Assembly (NCBI GenBank): GCA_049676905.1
Contig: JBAUBP010000183.1
Span: 1-39,244 of the forward strand
DNA from: Candidatus Bathyarchaeia archaeon
GTDB lineage: Archaea; Thermoproteota; Bathyarchaeia; 40CM-2-53-6; RBG-13-38-9
Length of the DNA: 39,244 nt
Reading direction: 5' to 3'
This document shows, piece after piece, positions 36,700-39,244 of the stretch (the first letter of the stretch is position 1; every line of letters begins with the position of its first letter). The position numbers and the translations under genes are program-made. The notes under the pieces are model-generated. The model was given only the letters and a program-made list of their open reading frames with translations, ran no database searches and was not told where the DNA came from.

Positions 36700-36820
36700 G
36701 GGCCCGTATACCCACATCATAGTGGTTCGGGAAGCTCAGTCAGGTAGAGCGGTGGTCCCAATTTATGGGCCGAAGCTCTTAACCCATAGGTCGCGGGTTC
36801 AAATCCCGTCGGGCCCGCCA
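36700..36820 (+). tRNA. tRNA-Lys (anticodon CUU) with two apparent non-canonical insertions (~25 nt and ~19 nt) and an encoded CCA
   Basis: GGGCCCG TA [TACCCACATCATAGTGGTTCGGGAA] GCTC AGTCAGGTA GAGC G GTGG[TCCCAATTTATGGGCCGAA]G CTCTTAA CCCAT AGGTC GCGGG TTCAAAT CCCGT CGGGCCC G CCA. With the bracketed blocks removed a 77-nt canonical cloverleaf remains. Confidence 0.75.
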
Positions 36821-37030
36821 CAATTCTAATTGACAGATTTAACGATGAAAACGTGTTTTCCATGTTTAGGAAAATGCATAGGAAAAACTAGTTTAATCGA
36901 CCTAAACTCAATCAAATTGTACAAATGACATTAAATCAATCGTCTGAGATCGATCAGGTCCCTCAATATGTCGTAAGCCGAAATTAGAAAAGTAGACACC
37001 CGACACTTCTCGAGTTGTTGAGATTGATTA

Positions 37031-37073
37031 AATATTCCAAATCGAATTAGTCCACTCACGAATGTGGAATATT
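37031..37073. promoter_or_regulatory. 9-bp perfect inverted repeat (candidate operator) just upstream of the RHH gene
   Basis: aatattcca (37031-37039) and tggaatatt (37065-37073) are separated by 25 nt. The right arm abuts the AGGTGA box 7 nt before the ATG at 37086. Confidence 0.3.
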
Positions 37074-37085
37074 AGGTGAAAAAAA

Positions 37086-37325
37086 ATGCCAAGAACAATA
37101 AATAATTCTCCTGAGATGCAGAAGAGAATTCCTGTTAGACTTCCATCGACTATGATGTCTGAAGTCGATCGTCTAGTTCGAAAACACTCTGAACTCAACT
37201 ATAACCGACAACAGTTCATTGAAAGTGCCGTGCGAGAAAAAATTGAACGACTTATCATGCTTCAGAGTGCAAAGATCTCTAATAATATTGCACAAATAGA
37301 AAATCTTCCCAAGATTATGCAATAG
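37086..37325 (+). CDS. ribbon-helix-helix (CopG/Arc/MetJ-type) DNA-binding protein
   Basis: KRIPVRLPSTMMSEVDRLVRKHSELNYNRQQFIESAVREKIERL has the beta-strand/helix/helix pattern typical of the RHH fold. AGGTGA SD. Confidence 0.7.
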   Translation: MPRTINNSPEMQKRIPVRLPSTMMSEVDRLVRKHSELNYNRQQFIESAVREKIERLIMLQSAKISNNIAQIENLPKIMQ

Positions 37326-37405
37326 TACCGCTTCCTCTCTATAATGTGAAGTCAAAACAGGTAAGTTGGATATCTGGTATCTTATTGAAGCGCACGCTAT
37401 TCTTG

Positions 37406-37780
37406 TTAGGATATCAGTCCATATTCTGCTTCAAAAGATGATCTGTAAGTTCTTTTTCCATTACTTTCTGTATAAGATGGAGCTGATAGAAAAGTAACGC
37501 CAGTTAGTTTTCTAAAAGATTCACTGAAATCATCTATATTATCGTCGAACCAACATAAAACGTAATTATCCCTTATTCCCTCATCTGAATTAATACAGTC
37601 TATGTTGCCCATGAGAACAAAGAAATCTATTATCTCGCCATCATAACTGTGCTTTTCAGTTTTTTGTAACGATATCTTTTGAGCTTTTATTACTGCAAAT
37701 GGCTCGTGTTCTTGCTTGTCTGATTTTTCCTTAAAAACTGATATTGTGGGTTTTTTCCATTCCATTGCTTTCATATTCAT
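37406..37780 (-). CDS. hypothetical protein (124 aa)
   Basis: ORF with an acidic, mixed composition and no motif I recognise. Convergent with the RHH gene. Confidence 0.4.
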   Translation of the reverse strand: MNMKAMEWKKPTISVFKEKSDKQEHEPFAVIKAQKISLQKTEKHSYDGEIIDFFVLMGNIDCINSDEGIRDNYVLCWFDDNIDDFSESFRKLTGVTFLSAPSYTESNGKRTYRSSFEAEYGLIS

Positions 37781-37880
37781 TCATTTGATTAATTAGAATG
37801 AATAATATTTATGCGGTATACAAATGTGCACGCTGTTATCATAATGCTGAATATCAAATCTTCAATGATTTCTTATTGAT

Positions 37881-39101
37881 TCACAAGTTAATTGGATAGG
37901 TTCCATATTTTATGGCTGCAGAGTATAGTGCTTCAATATTCCAAGGTGGTACATCAGGTTGTATCATATGACCCGGAGCGATAATATAACCGCCACCAGA
38001 TGCACCTGCTTTTATTGCCCTCACGACCTCGGCTTCAACATCTTGAACAGAACCTTTTGGTAGAATGCTCTGTGATCCTATTCCTCCACAGAAAGTCAAT
38101 TTTTCTCCGTACTCTTCTTTTAAAGTCTCAAGGTCCATGTCGGGGCATTCTGGTTGTATTGGATTCAATACATCCACGCCTATCTCTATCAGATCTGGAA
38201 TGAATGGTTTCATGTTGCCACAGCTATGATAATACAATTTTGCTTTTGTCTTCTTATGAATAAGGTCAAAGAGTTTTTTATGAAGTGGCTTCAAGAATTT
38301 CCTGTATATGTCAGGTTTGATAAGAATTGTTGTTTGAGCGCCTAGATCATCTCCAGTAGCCACCATTGTGACGTAATCCCCAACCTCGTCCAACATCATA
38401 CTGTATAATGTGAGCATCTGATCAGTGACTTTGTCCAGTATTTTTTCAGCTATCTTTGGTTTCAGATACATATCCTCAACTATTTTACTAAAACCTCTTC
38501 TCATCCAAGAATTCTCAAATATGCCACTTCCTCCAATATTTACTACACAAACTGCAAAGCCGGCATCATCCATCTTCTTAGCCTTTTTTTCTAGGCCAAC
38601 GGCAGTGAAATCTTTCTCAGGATCTAACCAGTATGGATCAGATAATATTTCATCTACATCTTGAGCACTTTCAAGAGGCGCCGGATTCGCAAATTCCATA
38701 TACGTTTCTCCAGCTTTTCTATGAAAACCTAATTCATCTATGAATGAATTATCAGGAAACAGTTTCTTTGGGACAAAAGGTCTGGTAGATCTTAAGGAAA
38801 TTGGTCGGAAATCGGTTCTGAATAGACGGTAAATAGTTTCGTCTATAGGGGGTAGCCACCATGGATTATAGGAGGATCCTGAAGGCCAGTAGTCAATTTC
38901 AAAAGGAAAGGTCTGCAAATTGAGGTAATGCTTGAGTCTAAAATAGGCCTGTTTTGTTATGAAAGACATGCAGCCTCCTAGTTCGGCTGGTACTCTATCT
39001 GCTTCCTGGTGGTCAAGTATCTTCCATACTCTTTCTCTTGGAGTATATTTCTCTCCAGGATGAACTATTGCCTTGTCACTTCTTCTAAATCCAGGCATCA
39101 T
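37881..39101 (-). CDS. uroporphyrinogen-decarboxylase-fold (URO-D/MtaA/CmuA-like) protein, probable methyltransferase
   Basis: TPRERVWKILDHQEADRVP N-terminus, then DDLG..T and YHSCGN...LIEIGVDVLNPIQP motifs typical of the URO-D/MtaA family. I prefer the Met at 39101 because the 27 codons upstream in the track ORF look non-native. Confidence 0.7.
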   Translation of the reverse strand: MMPGFRRSDKAIVHPGEKYTPRERVWKILDHQEADRVPAELGGCMSFITKQAYFRLKHYLNLQTFPFEIDYWPSGSSYNPWWLPPIDETIYRLFRTDFRPISLRSTRPFVPKKLFPDNSFIDELGFHRKAGETYMEFANPAPLESAQDVDEILSDPYWLDPEKDFTAVGLEKKAKKMDDAGFAVCVVNIGGSGIFENSWMRRGFSKIVEDMYLKPKIAEKILDKVTDQMLTLYSMMLDEVGDYVTMVATGDDLGAQTTILIKPDIYRKFLKPLHKKLFDLIHKKTKAKLYYHSCGNMKPFIPDLIEIGVDVLNPIQPECPDMDLETLKEEYGEKLTFCGGIGSQSILPKGSVQDVEAEVVRAIKAGASGGGYIIAPGHMIQPDVPPWNIEALYSAAIKYGTYPINL

Positions 39102-39244
39102 GATATTACGACCTCCAAAAAGAATAAACAGAAGCAGCTTAAATGTATCGCTCGACCTTAAAGAATATGAAATACACATCATAAATTAAATAACTCTAAT
39201 TAAAATTTTACGAGTTTGTTTTTCAATAAATATTCCTATTGGTG

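Noticed and set aside
36557-36715. N-terminal 53-codon extension of the diphthine synthase ORF
   Set aside because: It would overlap the tRNA-Lys 5' end, encodes a hydrophobic non-Dph5 sequence, and the family N-terminus (TNLTLIGLGL) begins right at an in-frame TTG at 36556.
36845-36928. 27-codon ORF MKTCFPCLGKCIGKTSLIDLNSIKLYK with three Cys, downstream of tRNA-Lys
   Set aside because: There is no Shine-Dalgarno-like box. ORFs of this length arise by chance, and there is no supporting context. It partly coincides with a near-palindrome (atgaaaacgtgttttccat) that may be structural instead.
36821-37880. Integrated mobile element at tRNA-Lys
   Set aside because: No integrase, no direct repeat of the tRNA 3' end and no obvious compositional shift are visible. 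It is retained only as a low-confidence hypothesis in the findings.
1-39244. CRISPR arrays, IS elements, toxin-antitoxin pairs or defence islands
   Set aside because: Scanning both strands and all intergenic gaps (all under 270 nt) showed no repeat-spacer structure, no transposase or integrase motifs and no cas-like genes. I also found no C/D-box sRNA pattern (RUGAUGA...CUGA in the correct order) in the gaps I inspected.

Overview
AT-rich, very compact archaeal chromosome segment. The archaeal assignment rests on two thermosome subunits, two proteasome beta subunits, aIF6, ribosomal proteins LX/L35Ae/L37e, an Sm-like protein, aCPSF1, a Hef-type helicase, Taw1, diphthine synthase and archaeal RibK/RibL. 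I cannot place the lineage more precisely. Many genes start with TTG or GTG behind GAGGT-like Shine-Dalgarno boxes, and several convergent gene pairs overlap at their 3' ends. Content is almost entirely housekeeping:
- an ECF-transporter energising module
- a hydantoinase-M20 amidohydrolase operon
- the aIF6-LX-PfdA-FtsY cluster
- a tetrahydromethanopterin (H4MPT) biosynthesis cluster (DUF447, beta-RFAP synthase, DHPS-like)
- tandem thermosome genes
- an L37e/Sm pair
- RNA/DNA end-processing and repair genes (RtcA, DUF504, Ogt, EndoV, translin-like)
- a flavin-cofactor module (RbkR-type riboflavin kinase, RibL)
- two tRNA genes

I see no CRISPR array, transposase, integrase or recognisable defence island, and I did not find a convincing self-contained novel system. 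The best leads are:
- both tRNA genes carry insertions at non-canonical intron positions (tRNA-Lys apparently has two)
- an L35Ae ribosomal protein is fused to an N-terminal HeH/SAP-like domain
- a secreted, membrane-anchored protein has an extreme Tyr/Pro-rich tract and a SHOCT tail
- a Hef/FANCM-type helicase has a non-nuclease C-terminus
- a SAM hydrolase (DUF62) gene encodes its conserved N-terminal motif upstream of any canonical start codon
- a 78-nt perfectly identical tract is shared by the two thermosome paralogs

All functional calls come from motif recognition by eye, not from database searches.
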